From Pelomyxa schiedti (taxonomy: Eukaryota; Protista; Evosea): 64,000 bases of DNA. The stretch spans positions 69,531-133,530 of the forward strand of contig JAHLWZ010000406.1 in NCBI GenBank assembly GCA_020536535.1. Direction: 5' to 3'. The notes under the pieces are model-generated. The model made no database searches. It was not told the DNA's origin and saw only the letters and a list, made by a program, of their open reading frames with translations. The translations under genes and the position numbers were made by a program. Shown piece by piece: positions 52,300 to 64,000 of the stretch (position 1 is its first letter; each line of letters opens with the position of its first letter).

Positions 52300-53988
52300 T
52301 CAGTCATAGAGGGACTTGGTGACAAATTCCTGGAAAGAGAGCCCATTCATCTCATCAGAGGTTACTGTGTCAACAATGTCAAACTTGGTGTCCAGTTTGT
52401 CGTCTAGTAGTTTCAAGAAGTCATGTGCCCCGCTGTCATTGCCGATTTGGATAAATGTAAGGCTCAGCTCTTCTTCACATTTCACTTTGTTTGCGGCTTT
52501 CTTAATGGTGGCAATAACAGCATCAGTCGAGTCTGTTTATTTTATGGTCAGGGATAAATGAGTAACAGAAACAATGGTTGGAATGTATTGCGTTAAGGAA
52601 TACCTGGGCTCCCATCAGTGATGCAGAGAATGGTGGTTTTGCGTCTAGTTCCTCCAAAATGCTCAGAAAATGCTGCCTCCAGCACGGACGCCAAGTCCGT
52701 GGATCCATCGGGTGAGTTCTTCTTGAAAATCTGCGTAGAGGAAGGATTGGAATGTTGCCATGGACCATGGAATGAGGTGCATTTCGTACCGCTTGGACTT
52801 TGTTCTTGTCCATAATGTTTTCATGCTTTGTGTATGTGTTGCTGAAGAGGTACAGTGTTATGCCGTCAGGATCAGCTCCACAGACCCACGGACCTGAGGA
52901 AAGAAGTTGTATTAGATATGACAAGATAAGAATTTGTCAGGGACATGCCAAGTGTTTGGAGAGTGGTGCCAACATCCCTCCACTTGTTATCGGAACCCAT
53001 GGAGCTAAAGGGAGAACAAGTTAAGACTGAAATCACAAGCAAAAACTCGTACCCACTCTTGTCAATGATAACAATGTAGTCCCGGGCCAAGTCGACATTG
53101 TTTGGATCCTGCCTTCCTGCCTGTACATCAGCAAAGAATTTTGTTTTGCCGAATCCTTCAAATTCCTTTGCAAGAGCTGCCTCAACATATGTAAGCTGAA
53201 TGTGGATTTTCCCTTCAGTTATGTCTGTGAGGTAGTGCTGTCAACCACATGTTGCGAAGTTGTAACAGTAATTAAACCTTGCAGGTCCACCCACATTTCT
53301 TTGGGCTCATTCTTTGGCTCAATATCAGTAACTTAGTTGAAGTCAAATGAAAGTCCACTGTAAGTAACGGCATGTTATACTTGGAATTTGGTACTGTCCC
53401 AGAGACACCCCGCTATGTGCTGAATCAGAAACCCTGATGGTAATTCGTGCATCAGCCGTATCCACAGGAATAATAAAGTGCTCGTCCCACTTTGGAGCAA
53501 CAGCTGCACACAACCATCATAAGCTCAATTTTGCACAACACAATACGTGAGAGTGAATTTAATAAGTGAGGGATAAATATCCGCACTATTTGAAACAGGC
53601 TTTGTAGAGAAGAATGATCCTTCAACACCCTCAACACCAACAGCCGCCCTCGCAGTGGGCTCAGCCCCTGGTTCCGCCCTCAACTCCTTCGCCTCTATCA
53701 CCTGTATAATCAACCACAGTCTTACTCATACGGCATTTCAACAAGCAAGGGGGCGAAAGAACAACAACAGCAACAGCAACAAACAACAAACAACCCAAAA
53801 AAAAAAAAAAAAAAAAGGCCAAACAAGAGAGAAGCAGACTTGGCACTTACCTTAACGTGAATATCAGCTACGGTGCCGTGTTTGACTGTGGGTTTGGGAG
53901 CAGGTCTGGGTGTGGATGCGGCCGTCGACGGCGGGGCCGACGATGACGACGGTGACGACGACTTGGGTTTGCTTGAATCACCTCCCAT
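52300..53988 (-). CDS. C2 domain + von Willebrand A domain protein, possibly N-myristoylated
   Basis: MGGDSS start, C2 strands (VKVIEAKEL, WVDL..GKIHIQLTY), MIDAS IIDKSGSM, DPDGITLYLF, GSTDL, ITDGSPD, TFIQIGND..FLKLLDDKL..KFDIVDT. Confidence 0.85.
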
Positions 53989-54191
53989 CTCAAATACGAA
54001 AGCCTGCGACCGTCGAGCGGTTGTTTCTTGTTTGTTTGTGAGAAATTTCCAGTATTTTCCTGTTGTCGACAAGCCAACAGCACGACAGTGCAGCACCTGA
54101 AAGAGGAAACTAAAAAAACCACACTTCCTGTGAAGCGGCGGCACTGTTCATGGGACTCTCTACCTTCAGGTAGGAATCAGGAGCCCAAGGG

Positions 54192-57100
54192 ATGGCCGTA
54201 GATTTCCCAGAAATCAGTGCTGAGACCCTGACTTTCGGATACATCGCCAAAAAGTAGGAATTTTTAAGAATGGCAAGTCCTTGCACGAAAGAGAAACAAT
54301 CAACCACAACGACGGGTCACTTGGTGCCATTTGTTGTGCCTTGACCCACCCGCGTTGCTCTTGCAAATACCTGGATCTCAGCAGTATGCACAGTCACACT
54401 CTCATTGAGTGTTGTTCTTAACATCCAATTATTTCTTCACTCCACCCAACAACATAACACAAAAAAGAGCAGAGAATCGCTGCTGACGGGGCGCTGAGGG
54501 TAGCACAGGCACTTTCAACTAACAATTCACTGCTGAGCCTGGACCTCAGCTGTATGTGAATTGGCATTCTCTCGTTGTCTGCACCTCACCAATGGCTCAA
54601 GAACACAAAAACCAAACAAACAAGGTAACGACTTTCGCGATGAGGGAGCAGTGAGTTTCGCACCCATAATTGTAACAGACTCGCCACTGATTAGTCTGAA
54701 TCTGAGTGGTGTGTGAATTGGCCTTTTTTCCCCCTCCAACTATCATCTAATAAAGCCAACTTAACTTAATCAAGGCAACAATATTAACCTCAGGGGGGCA
54801 ATGCATATTGCGCAAGCGATTTCAACAAACAAATCTCTGGTGAATCTGGATCTTTATTGTACGTCAGTTAAACTGGCATCAACAACCAATTAACTAACCA
54901 ATGAAACAAGCAAACAGTATTGGTGATGAGGGAGCAACGAGGATTTTCGAAGCGCTTTCAACCAATAAGTCACTTGTGTATCTGAATCTTGGCTGTATGT
55001 CAATTAATTTTCTTAAAGCAATCAAATAAAAAACAAACAAGGCAACAATATCGGGTCTGAGGGAGCAATGAGTATTGCACAAGCCCTTAAAGCAAACAAG
55101 TCACTGGTGAGTCTGGATCTTAGTGGTATGCCAATTTCGCTTTCATAGTTCTTTTAACAAAAAGAAACGAAGAGAATGAAATTGGTGACAATGGAGCAGC
55201 AATTATTGCCCTGGCAATTTCCTCACACGAGTCACTGCTTAATTTGAAGCTTCAAAGTAGGTCTTGATGACCAATCCTCGGCTAATAAATACAAAACAAA
55301 TAGTGTGTGGTATTTCCGTGAAGGGAGCAGCAAGTATTGCACAAGCCATTATGACAAACAAGGTACTGGCGTGTCTTAATATCGATGGTATGTAATTTAC
55401 TGATGTCACCGATTTCCAGTAACCACAAACTAGACAACAAAATTGGTGATGAAGGGGCAATGAGTATTGCACACGCAATTTCAACCAACAATTCACTAGT
55501 GTGCCTGCATCTCGGCCGTATGTACTTTGCATCATGACATTTTCCTTGACCACCCAAACAAATAAGACAACAATATTGATGATACTGGAGCCATGGAATT
55601 TGCACGTGGAATTGTAGTCAATAGCTCTCTCATGAATTTGCATCTTAAAGGTATTCCGTCAGTTTACTTGCCACCATCCTCCATTTCACTAATCAAAAAA
55701 TAATAAGACAATAAATTTGGTAATCAGGGAGCACAGAGGATTTTAGAGGCACTTTTAACTAACAAGTCACTGGTAAGTCTTGATCTGAGCTGTATGTATT
55801 TCACTTGCCATCATCCTCCCTTTGCCAGACACTTAGTAACAAACAAGGCACTTATATTGATAATGAAATAAAAGAAAGGGTTATGCAATTACTTTCAACA
55901 AAGAAGTCACTGGGGAGATCTGGGAGAATAATTGGGGGTATTCTTTTTTTCGCCCCTAGTTTTGCGTCTGACATTTCACAGAAACACTCTTCTTTTGGTT
56001 TACCTGGCTGATACACCCTATTACCCATGGTGCTTCCCTTTTGCTCTTAATAGAGACCAAATCAAAACGTACTTCGGCTATTGTGGGTGGTGCTCAGTCC
56101 CAGGCAATCCCCTTGTGTCAGAAGAATTTCTTAGTTCAACTGGATAACCATCCTCTGACGCAAACCCCCTCAAAGGATCTGTTCAATATTCCCTTTGAGG
56201 TGTTGGATTGGAATGATTGTCAACCATGTTAGTTACTTTTATTTCTGGATATGAATCACTATCTTCAAGGTTCATATCCCAGTCAAATGGCCGTATCCAT
56301 TGGTGTGTACTGGGAAATAAGGCAGGATAACTTGTTTTGTGTTGCCTCAACAAGAAATACTTACATTATCCCTCCCTTAACAGGAAAGGCATACTTTGAG
56401 TGCAATCTCTCCCCGGTACTAAGTCCTCAACCACTGCCGCCGTCACGGAGCTTACTGTCAGTACTCACCCAAGAGCTTGCTTGGTGGTGGTGGAAGCAAC
56501 CATCTGAGCAGGCACCAACAGAGCCACAACCCACGCAGCCACATTCTAGTGTGGTGACATCGGCATCACCAACAGTTGCCCCAAAATCAAATTTGGCTCC
56601 AAGTCCCAAACAAACAACCACTTCTAGCATCAACAACAGCCAACTTATTACGAAATCTGGGATTGCTGTGGAAGGAAATAATTTACCACCTATTGATGGC
56701 ATCTCAATACGAAAGCAGGTGCTTAGATTTTGGTTTTCTTGCTTTCTTTTTCTCCCTAATATCATTGGCAGGAAAGGGAGCTTCAAATGGCATGTGTTCA
56801 TTTTCTTGAGGCCAAAAAAAAAAAAAAGCGAAATTAACCAAGAACCATATATAGGTTCAAACTATTGAAGAACTCAACCGAGAGATCAGTGTCCTTCAAA
56901 ACAGTTCCACTCCATTCCTTGTGGCTTGTTCTCTTACACCATTCTATCAAAGGGAATTCAGAGTTAAAAGCGCAAATCACAACACTAGAGGAAGCGAGAA
57001 GAAAGGATAGGGAAGAAAGAACACTTGAACAACAAGAATTTCACGAACTACAAACCTGTATTTTGTTAGCCAGTAACACACTCGTCATATTGATCAACCT

Positions 57101-58882
57101 CTTGATGAGATAACGATCACGTTTTATCACATGTCGAGCTAGGCAGATGGAGCAACGTTCTCACTAACAACACCTGTAAGCAATCTCAAATCAGGATCAC
57201 CTTTGAAGAACTACCATATTTTGATGAAGTCGTTTGCAGCTCTTGCCCTCTTGACATGGTTGAAAACCCAATTCCTTCTTTCTTTTTAATTTCCTGGCAG
57301 GTTGTGACGATCATCATTGCAAGAAAGTTTGGCGTCGAGTCAACTCAACAAGTTGTCTCAGTTGTTGTTTCGGACACAAAAGAAGACTTGTTGACCAACA
57401 CATCCAGAACCTTGTTGGAGCTGAAGACTATATGTACCCTTGGCATAGGGTCTTTTGGATCTGTTTTTAAGTGCCTCCACACTCCTTCAGGCATTCACGT
57501 TGCTGTGAAAGCTCTCCATGAAAGTATTATGTCCGAGTTCAACATTACAAAGTTCCAAGAGGAAGCAATGGTATGCGCCCCATGCTAAAACAATACCCAC
57601 CACCGACTTATCCCGCTCCCCCCTCCAAAACTGTATCTCACTCATTCCAAGATTTCAGCAAAATTCAGGCATCCAAACATTGTGAGTTGCCTTGGGACAT
57701 GCACACATCATACCAGGGGGCTCTGAATTGTGTCTGAGCTCATGGAGTTGAGTTTGAGGAAGCTTCTTGACTATGTTAATCGAGAAAACACAAAAATGCC
57801 AGCCAACCATAAGTAACCACATGCAGAAAAGCTTATCCTTCCTGGAAGTTGTTGCACTTGCTTCAGGGATTGCTAAAGGGATGACTGCACTTCATGAGTC
57901 TGGCTATCTTTTTTAAAGTTGCCTCTGCTAATGTTACATGTACAGGAGGGGTTATATGCACCACGACCTCAGTAGCAACAATGTTCTCCTGGATTCTCGT
58001 AGTAATCCCAAAATTGCGGATTTTGGTAGAATTTTTTGTTTTCATTTGTTGCATTCTAACACTTGTGCCTTGTAATTGGGGGCATCCAGGACTATCAAGA
58101 GTGCTCAATAGTTATGGTGGAATTTCCACAATCCTTTACCTGCCACCACAGATGCACACACGTCATTATGGAATCAAAGGTATGGGACAGCCTTCTATTG
58201 AGACAAAATTGATGAACCTGTACAGGAGATGTCTGGGAGTTTGCAGTGTTGCTGAGCGAGATTATGAGAGGCCTTCCACCAGACTCCAGACTGGGGGGCA
58301 CAGCTGAAATTACCCAGTTTCTGAGTGTGCAGAGAACTTTACTCTCTGCCCCCAACATTTGTGGTTTCTACATTCGTGCCTCATCATGCCAGACCCTCAC
58401 ACCTCCTCTCTGCTATTTACTTATATTCTTCCCATCACACAGAACTGGACCGGCTTTTTAAGGAACTGTCAGATATTACCGTTGCCCAGTGCCTAAGCCG
58501 AAGGACTTGCATCATTGATGCACTCCATAATGAGCCCAAGTTCACCCATGTGCACCCAGCATGTGTTGGACTGTTCTCATTTGTTGTTGAGTCCAGCCTC
58601 TCAATCATTGGTGTGTCCTCACTACTCTTTCCTACCTTCACCACTGGAGGTTCACATTTGAGGCTTACCATTCATTCCCACACAAACACAGAGGACAACT
58701 GGCCACCCTTTTCCACAATTGAAAAGGAGCTGATGACCTGTGCGCAGCTTGTGTTTTCCCGCGCCTCCTTGGGTGCTGATGAAGATAAAGTTACTGCTGG
58801 AATCAGTGAGTGCCTGTCTGTGATTGCTTCCACATTCTCTTCACATAATGCAACCCCAGCACCTCACCCTCAGCGCCTGTGA
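54192..58882 (+). pseudogene. RI/NLRC3-type LRR + coiled coil + TKL-like kinase with one in-frame TGA
   Basis: Ten 28-aa LRR exons. Kinase motifs LGIGSFGSV, VAVK, RHPNIV, L*IVSELM (TGA 57724-57726), HHDLSSNN and ADFG. It could be a pseudogene, a null allele or an assembly error. Confidence 0.65.
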
Positions 58883-59675
58883 TGTGAACACCGCTAGACA
58901 CTGGTTTTTTCAATACTGTTCAAACTTTGTTCTCCTTTTCCCAAGCAGTTCCTACAACACCGACAACAAAAGACACTGAATTGGTCATGGAGAGGGTGGT
59001 GAAAGGGGGTGCAGAACAACAGTAGGCCACAAAGAAGATACCCTGTTGTTTTTCATCAGATTTTCACCATCAATGATATTCACCATAAGTATTTGACACG
59101 CCACCACACTTTGTACTTGAAACTGAAGCTGGAACAAACTAATGTAATGTTGTTCACTGGGCAGGTGCATAAGGCCTGACCCACTTGGCCGCCTTCTGTA
59201 TCCGCCAATGTACACTCGGGCAGCACGACAATGGTTTGTGAATCGTGCCAAGGATTGCTGCTGCTTTCCGTTGCTGAGAGAATCTCAGGTTATGGCTCCC
59301 TGGCCCCTCAATCCTGAAATGAATTTTTACCAAGTAACCCTGTCAAATTAATTGCTCAGTCTCACGAATATTTAAATGCAGGAAGTGGGAAAGGGAGAGA
59401 GTCTTGCATGCCCTTCTCCCTGGGGAAAGCACTGCGACAGTTCTCCCATTTTGGCAGTTAGTTCCCCCCAAACAAATTGGCAAAAACCCACCCTGTGGTA
59501 CCTGCCATTCTCATCTCCGCTTGTGTGACTGTGACAGTTTGATTGTTGCCACGACTCACACTCCACTGGAAATTGTTAACTTGGTGATGGCACTCAAACC
59601 AGCCCAGGCTATTTTGCATTGTATGCATATCTCGCCCTAAGAAGTTTTGGGTTGATTAAATCTTCTTTTGTTTGT

Positions 59676-62600
59676 TCAGGTGTTGTTGTTGGTTCCTGCC
59701 TGCAGATCTCTCAGTGTGGCAACGGCACCAGCATGGCCCAAGTCGGCTGCACGACGCCACAATCCAACTGCCTTGTCAATGTCTTTGTCGACACCCTCGG
59801 TGCCCTGGTAGTAACGCCATGCAAGGTTGTTCATTGCGTGTGCACTGCCACCATCAGCAGCCCTCTGGTACAGTGACACTGCCTTGTTGATGTCCTTGTC
59901 AACACCATCACCCTTGTAATAACACACACCAAGGTTGCAAATTGCCTCGGCATGACCAGCATCAGCAGCCCTCTGATACAGTGACACTGCCTTGTGAGTG
60001 TCCTTGTCAACACCATCACCATTTTCATAACACACACCAAGGTCGAACATTGCCCTTGCCTGGCCAGCATCAACAGCCCTCTGATACAGTGCCACTGCCT
60101 TGTTAACATCCTTGTCAACACCATCACCATTTTGATAACACACAGCAAGGTTGCACATTGATCTGGCATCACCAGCATCAGCAGCCCTCTGCCACAGTGT
60201 CACTGCCCTGTTAACGTACCTCTCCACACCAATGCCATTTTGATAACACACACCAAGGTTAGACATTGCCCTGGCATCACCAGCATCAGCAGCCATCTGA
60301 TACAGTGTCACGGCCTTGTGAATGTCCTTGTCAACACCATCACCATTTGCATAACACCAACCAAGGTTGCACATTGCCCTTGTATCACCAGCATCAGCAG
60401 CCATCCGATACAGTGATACTGCCTTGTGAATGTCCTTGTCGACACCACCAACACCACAGTCATAGCAGATGCCCAGAGATGCGATGGAGGAAGAACCCCA
60501 GTGAATTGAACCCAGAGAGCAAGTGATTGCAATGGTGGGTTTTCCACCAGTGGAAACACTGCCAGGTGATACCGCTGGTGGTGGTGCCATTTCAACAAAA
60601 ATGTGTGCTGCTGATGAACCTTGTTGGGGGTTGTTGTCAGTGGATGAAGAGCAGCAGAACAGCCTCCACAGAGCAACAAAGTACATGCAAGACCACAACC
60701 GTTCTGATGATGATGTTGTTGTGGACGATGCTGATTGTGGCTGCTGATGAATGTTGCATTTCAATGATGCTGTTGAGACAAGGTCAGTCCATTCAGAAAC
60801 AACTTCTTCTTTGTTGTTGTTGTGGCATGGAGTCTCGTGCTGTGGGTCTGATGTCACGTTGGTTGTTTCATTCAGCACAAGCACGCAATGTGCTCTCATT
60901 TCCTCTGTTGAGGAGGAGAGAGCACAAGAGAAAGCCGGCAACAGGCACGTTGGAATGCGATGATGAAGTGACACGTGGTCATTGATGCACTGACAGAGAC
61001 AAACAAGGAACAATAGACCAGGCAGGTAATCACAGTCAATATGTGACAGTTGTGATTCACCTGATTTATGTTGTTTGGTTGGATGAAAGAAGAAACACAT
61101 CAGCACACCGATTTTGATCATCTCAGATTCAAACAGAGACAAGGCATTGGCAACAAGGCCAAGGGCAGAGTCAATGTTTCCCACTTCCAGCTGCACAAGC
61201 GCTTCCATCATCATCTCATTTCGTGTGTACATCACACTCCTCATAAAAATTGAGACTGCTGTTGAGTCGCCTGAACCTGGTTGATAAATTCTTACTGCTG
61301 TTGGGCTCGTTTTCAAAAGCAACAACGAGGTGGTGAACCTTTCAGCCTCCTGTGAAATGTGCTTTGTCCAGAGTGCTGTCAACACCAATTCAGGGAGTGT
61401 GTTTCTGTGTTTTTGGTTGATGATGGCTCTTGTGAATTCCACATCTGTTGGTGTGAATGATGCCGTCTTGCCTCTCAGTGATGCTTGAACTGCAGAAAAA
61501 TTAACGGTCATTTGCTGTTGGCAAGGAGAAAGATAATGCAAAAGCAACAAAGCAGGTGAAAAAAAGGGGTCAACATTCAGGGCTTTTTGGAGGGTGTCAA
61601 CACAGTCTTCTGTGGAGGATCCACTGAGAATCTGACACGTTGCTTTGATTGTCAGTGTTCCTGCAAATTGAGGAGTGTCATTGAAAAAAACCCCACTTTT
61701 GCCAATTAATTACAAACCTGCATCATTTGTCAGAGGAGGCACAACACAAGAGTAAAATGAGAGGAGTTCAGAAGGGCTTGGTGAATCAATGTTCAACAGA
61801 ACCTTGAAGGCCTCTAAGAGTGGCATTCTTTTGTCAGGGTCACATTGCAGCAACGAACGAACAAGGTCACAGAATTCCTTTGGGAACTGTGGTGGTTTCA
61901 TGGGGAACAGATCCTCACTCTCAAATGAAAAAGTGACCTCTCCACTTGGACCATAACCAACTGGGTATCCTGGAAGTGGGTGCTTTCCACACATGGCAAG
62001 TTCAAACAGGATGCACCCAAGTTCAAATGATGGTTGCTGTTTTGGTGTTTTAGTGAGAGAGGGATGCATATTAAAAAAATACCTTGTCGCAGCACAACGT
62101 TGGAGATTTATCAGGGTTCTGCCTGTATTTTGCCATTCCATTGAGGATCTCAGGTGCTCTGTGACTCAGGTTTCCCGTTGCTGAAATGACAAACTCAGTT
62201 GCGGCCTCAAATTCCCTGCTTGTTGTGGCTCTTGGAATTGTTGTGGCACAACCAAAATCAATCAGAACCACTTGCTCTTGGTTCTGTTGTTTGTGTGTAA
62301 AAAAAGAAATAGAAATGCTTGAGCAAACGAGATCGATGGGGGGAACAACACACACCAAAGAAACAAGGATGTTGTCCAGTTTGATGTCAAAGTGAACTGT
62401 TTTGTTCACGAAAAGATGAACAAGAGCAGCACAGATATCCCTTGAATACTTGTGAACAATAGGCCATGGTGTGGTTGTGCAGGGGCAAAGTTTTCGTGCC
62501 GTGGTTTTGTTGGTGATGTGTGTCAGGAACTGTGCCAATGTCTCAGAGTGATGCTCGAGGACAATCCACATACACACACGGATCCTATTCTGCACTTGGT

Positions 62601-63196
62601 CAAAGGCAAGTTCCTTGACCGCGGGTGGGAGGTGGTTGTAATAATCTTGTGGCATGTGGTCAATAAAGTGACAGAAATACCGGTTGATGTTTGGGTGTGG
62701 TTCCAATGTTGAGGCAACAACGTACTCACTCTGAGAAACGAAATATTCAGACAAGGCAGAGAGGTGGGAACAACCAGGAGAGAAGAGAGACCTTGAAGGC
62801 ATTCTGAACACTTGTTGTTGTGACTCCATAATTGAAGATAGCCTTGAGTACGTAAGACTGGTCCCTGAACAACGCAGGGTGCCCCTCCCCAATGCACTTC
62901 ACCTCGTAAACAATCCCTGATACGACCAATCAACTTTAACTTGTTTTTGTTGTGTGTTTGTGGGGAAGGGTCGAACCGCTGCAGCCGTGTGAGATGCATC
63001 CCACAAGCCTGAAGTTTTTCCACACGATTATGCTCTCCCCAGAGGAGTTTTGCACGTCATCGACTGTGGCCGACCGGCCCAGCCCCGCAAAGAATGCGTC
63101 GCGGTCACGGATCACCCTCTGAAAGTCGTCGTAGCCAACAACAACCCCAGGTAGCGTCGTCTGGCTCGCGACGGTCGTGGTGGGTGTGTTGCCCAT
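59676..63196 (-). CDS. PINK1-like protein kinase fused to C-terminal Sel1-like repeats
   Basis: VLKAIFNY, PHPNI, HFDIKLDNIL, IDFG, GNLSHRAPEI and FELGCILFE..HP. About 7 36-aa repeats NLGVCYxNGDGVDKDxxKAVxLYQRAADAG follow. The MGN start suggests myristoylation. Confidence 0.85.
59730..60475 (-). repeat. 108-bp tandem Sel1 repeat array
   Basis: Near-identical units containing ccttgtcaacaccatcacc / cagcatcagcagccctctgatacagtg. Confidence 0.9.
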
Positions 63197-63281
63197 TGCA
63201 ACGAAGAAACAAAAAAGTGATGAGTTCTGGTGAGTTGTGTGGGCCTGTGTTTTTTTGTCATCAGTGGTGTGGTGACACCAT

Positions 63282-63455
63282 CCACGACGCTGCAATCCAA
63301 CTGCATTGTCAATGTATTTGTCGACACCGTCGGTGCCCTTGTAGTACCGCCATGCAATGTTGTCATTACCAGCATCAGAAGCTCTCTGATACAGTGTCAC
63401 TGCCTTGTGAATGTCCTTGTCGACACCATCACCGTTTTCATAACACACACCAAGC
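63282..63455 (-). pseudogene. Truncated duplicate of the last Sel1 repeats
   Basis: LGVCYENGDGVDKDIHKAVTLYQRASDAG-NDNIAWRYYKGTDGVDKYIDNAVGL parallels 59750-59930, with an internal deletion and an abrupt end. Confidence 0.7.
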
Positions 63456-64000
63456 CAGCACAATAGACTAGGTAGGTTTTTCTGCACCAAAAAGCTTTTT
63501 AAGGTCTGTAATGTGTGTGTAACCCGCAACAACCACAGCCAACAGCCAACACTGTCAATAAAAAGCGGGGCGGCAAACATGTGGATGCAAAAAAAGAAAT
63601 TTTTTTTTTTTGTGGTTGTGCCTGGCACCCACGCGGACGCTGACGCCGATTGTGCCCACGCCCACGCCCACGCCCGCGCCCGCGCCTGCACTCACACCCA
63701 GCGATCCATCCGCTGTTCTCTCCATCACACACTCCTCCCTGGTGGGTGGGTCGACGCAGGTAAAAAAAAATGTTACGATACCACATGGGACGAAACACAG
63801 AACCACAACAGCAAAAAAAAAAGATGCATGTTTGATCAAACATTTTTTTTTTATTTACACCGGAATGCGTTTGCCACTGGAAAAATTTGAACGCGAATCG
63901 TGTTTTTTTTTGAAACACAAATCGAAACCGTGTTGTGGAATTGAATCGGGCTCCTTTTAAGCGTTGGGTTTTTTTGAAAAAAAATATGGCAAAGCAAGGG

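Noticed and set aside
57724-57726. Second selenoprotein (kinase TGA)
   Set aside because: It is not a redox motif and no SECIS-like hairpin is visible after 58882.
58985-59640. Coding-looking minus-strand stretch
   Set aside because: The frames I checked contain stops and no recognisable domain. It may be a decayed gene but cannot be supported.

Overview
This is gene-dense eukaryotic nuclear DNA with many short introns (mostly about 35-70 nt). The gene families resemble an anaerobic amoebozoan such as Pelomyxa; that is inference from sequence style only. I reconstructed about 25 genes by hand: ASCC1, a RING protein, a Clu/TPR protein, a FrnE/DsbA-like oxidoreductase, EXD2, a Hippo/MST kinase with SARAH tail, an EF-hand protein, a pectate-lyase-fold glycanase, an S28 peptidase, a bZIP factor, Tom40, a DENN protein, a CLoG1-like protein, COMMD9, an SH3+Furry-like scaffold, a Crinkler-type NTPase-nuclease, C2-vWA, an LRR-kinase with an in-frame stop, and a kinase-Sel1 protein. 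The strongest hidden signal is a selenoprotein that the ORF track misses. The FrnE/DsbA gene has TGA at the catalytic Cys (U-P-W-C) and a well-formed type-2 SECIS in its 3' UTR. Other notable signals are three copies of a fixed-spacing 76-bp non-coding element flanking structured ORF-free segments, frequent GC-AG introns, and one apparent GA-AG intron. Exon joins are manual and have no transcript support. Family assignments come from recalled motifs, not database searches.
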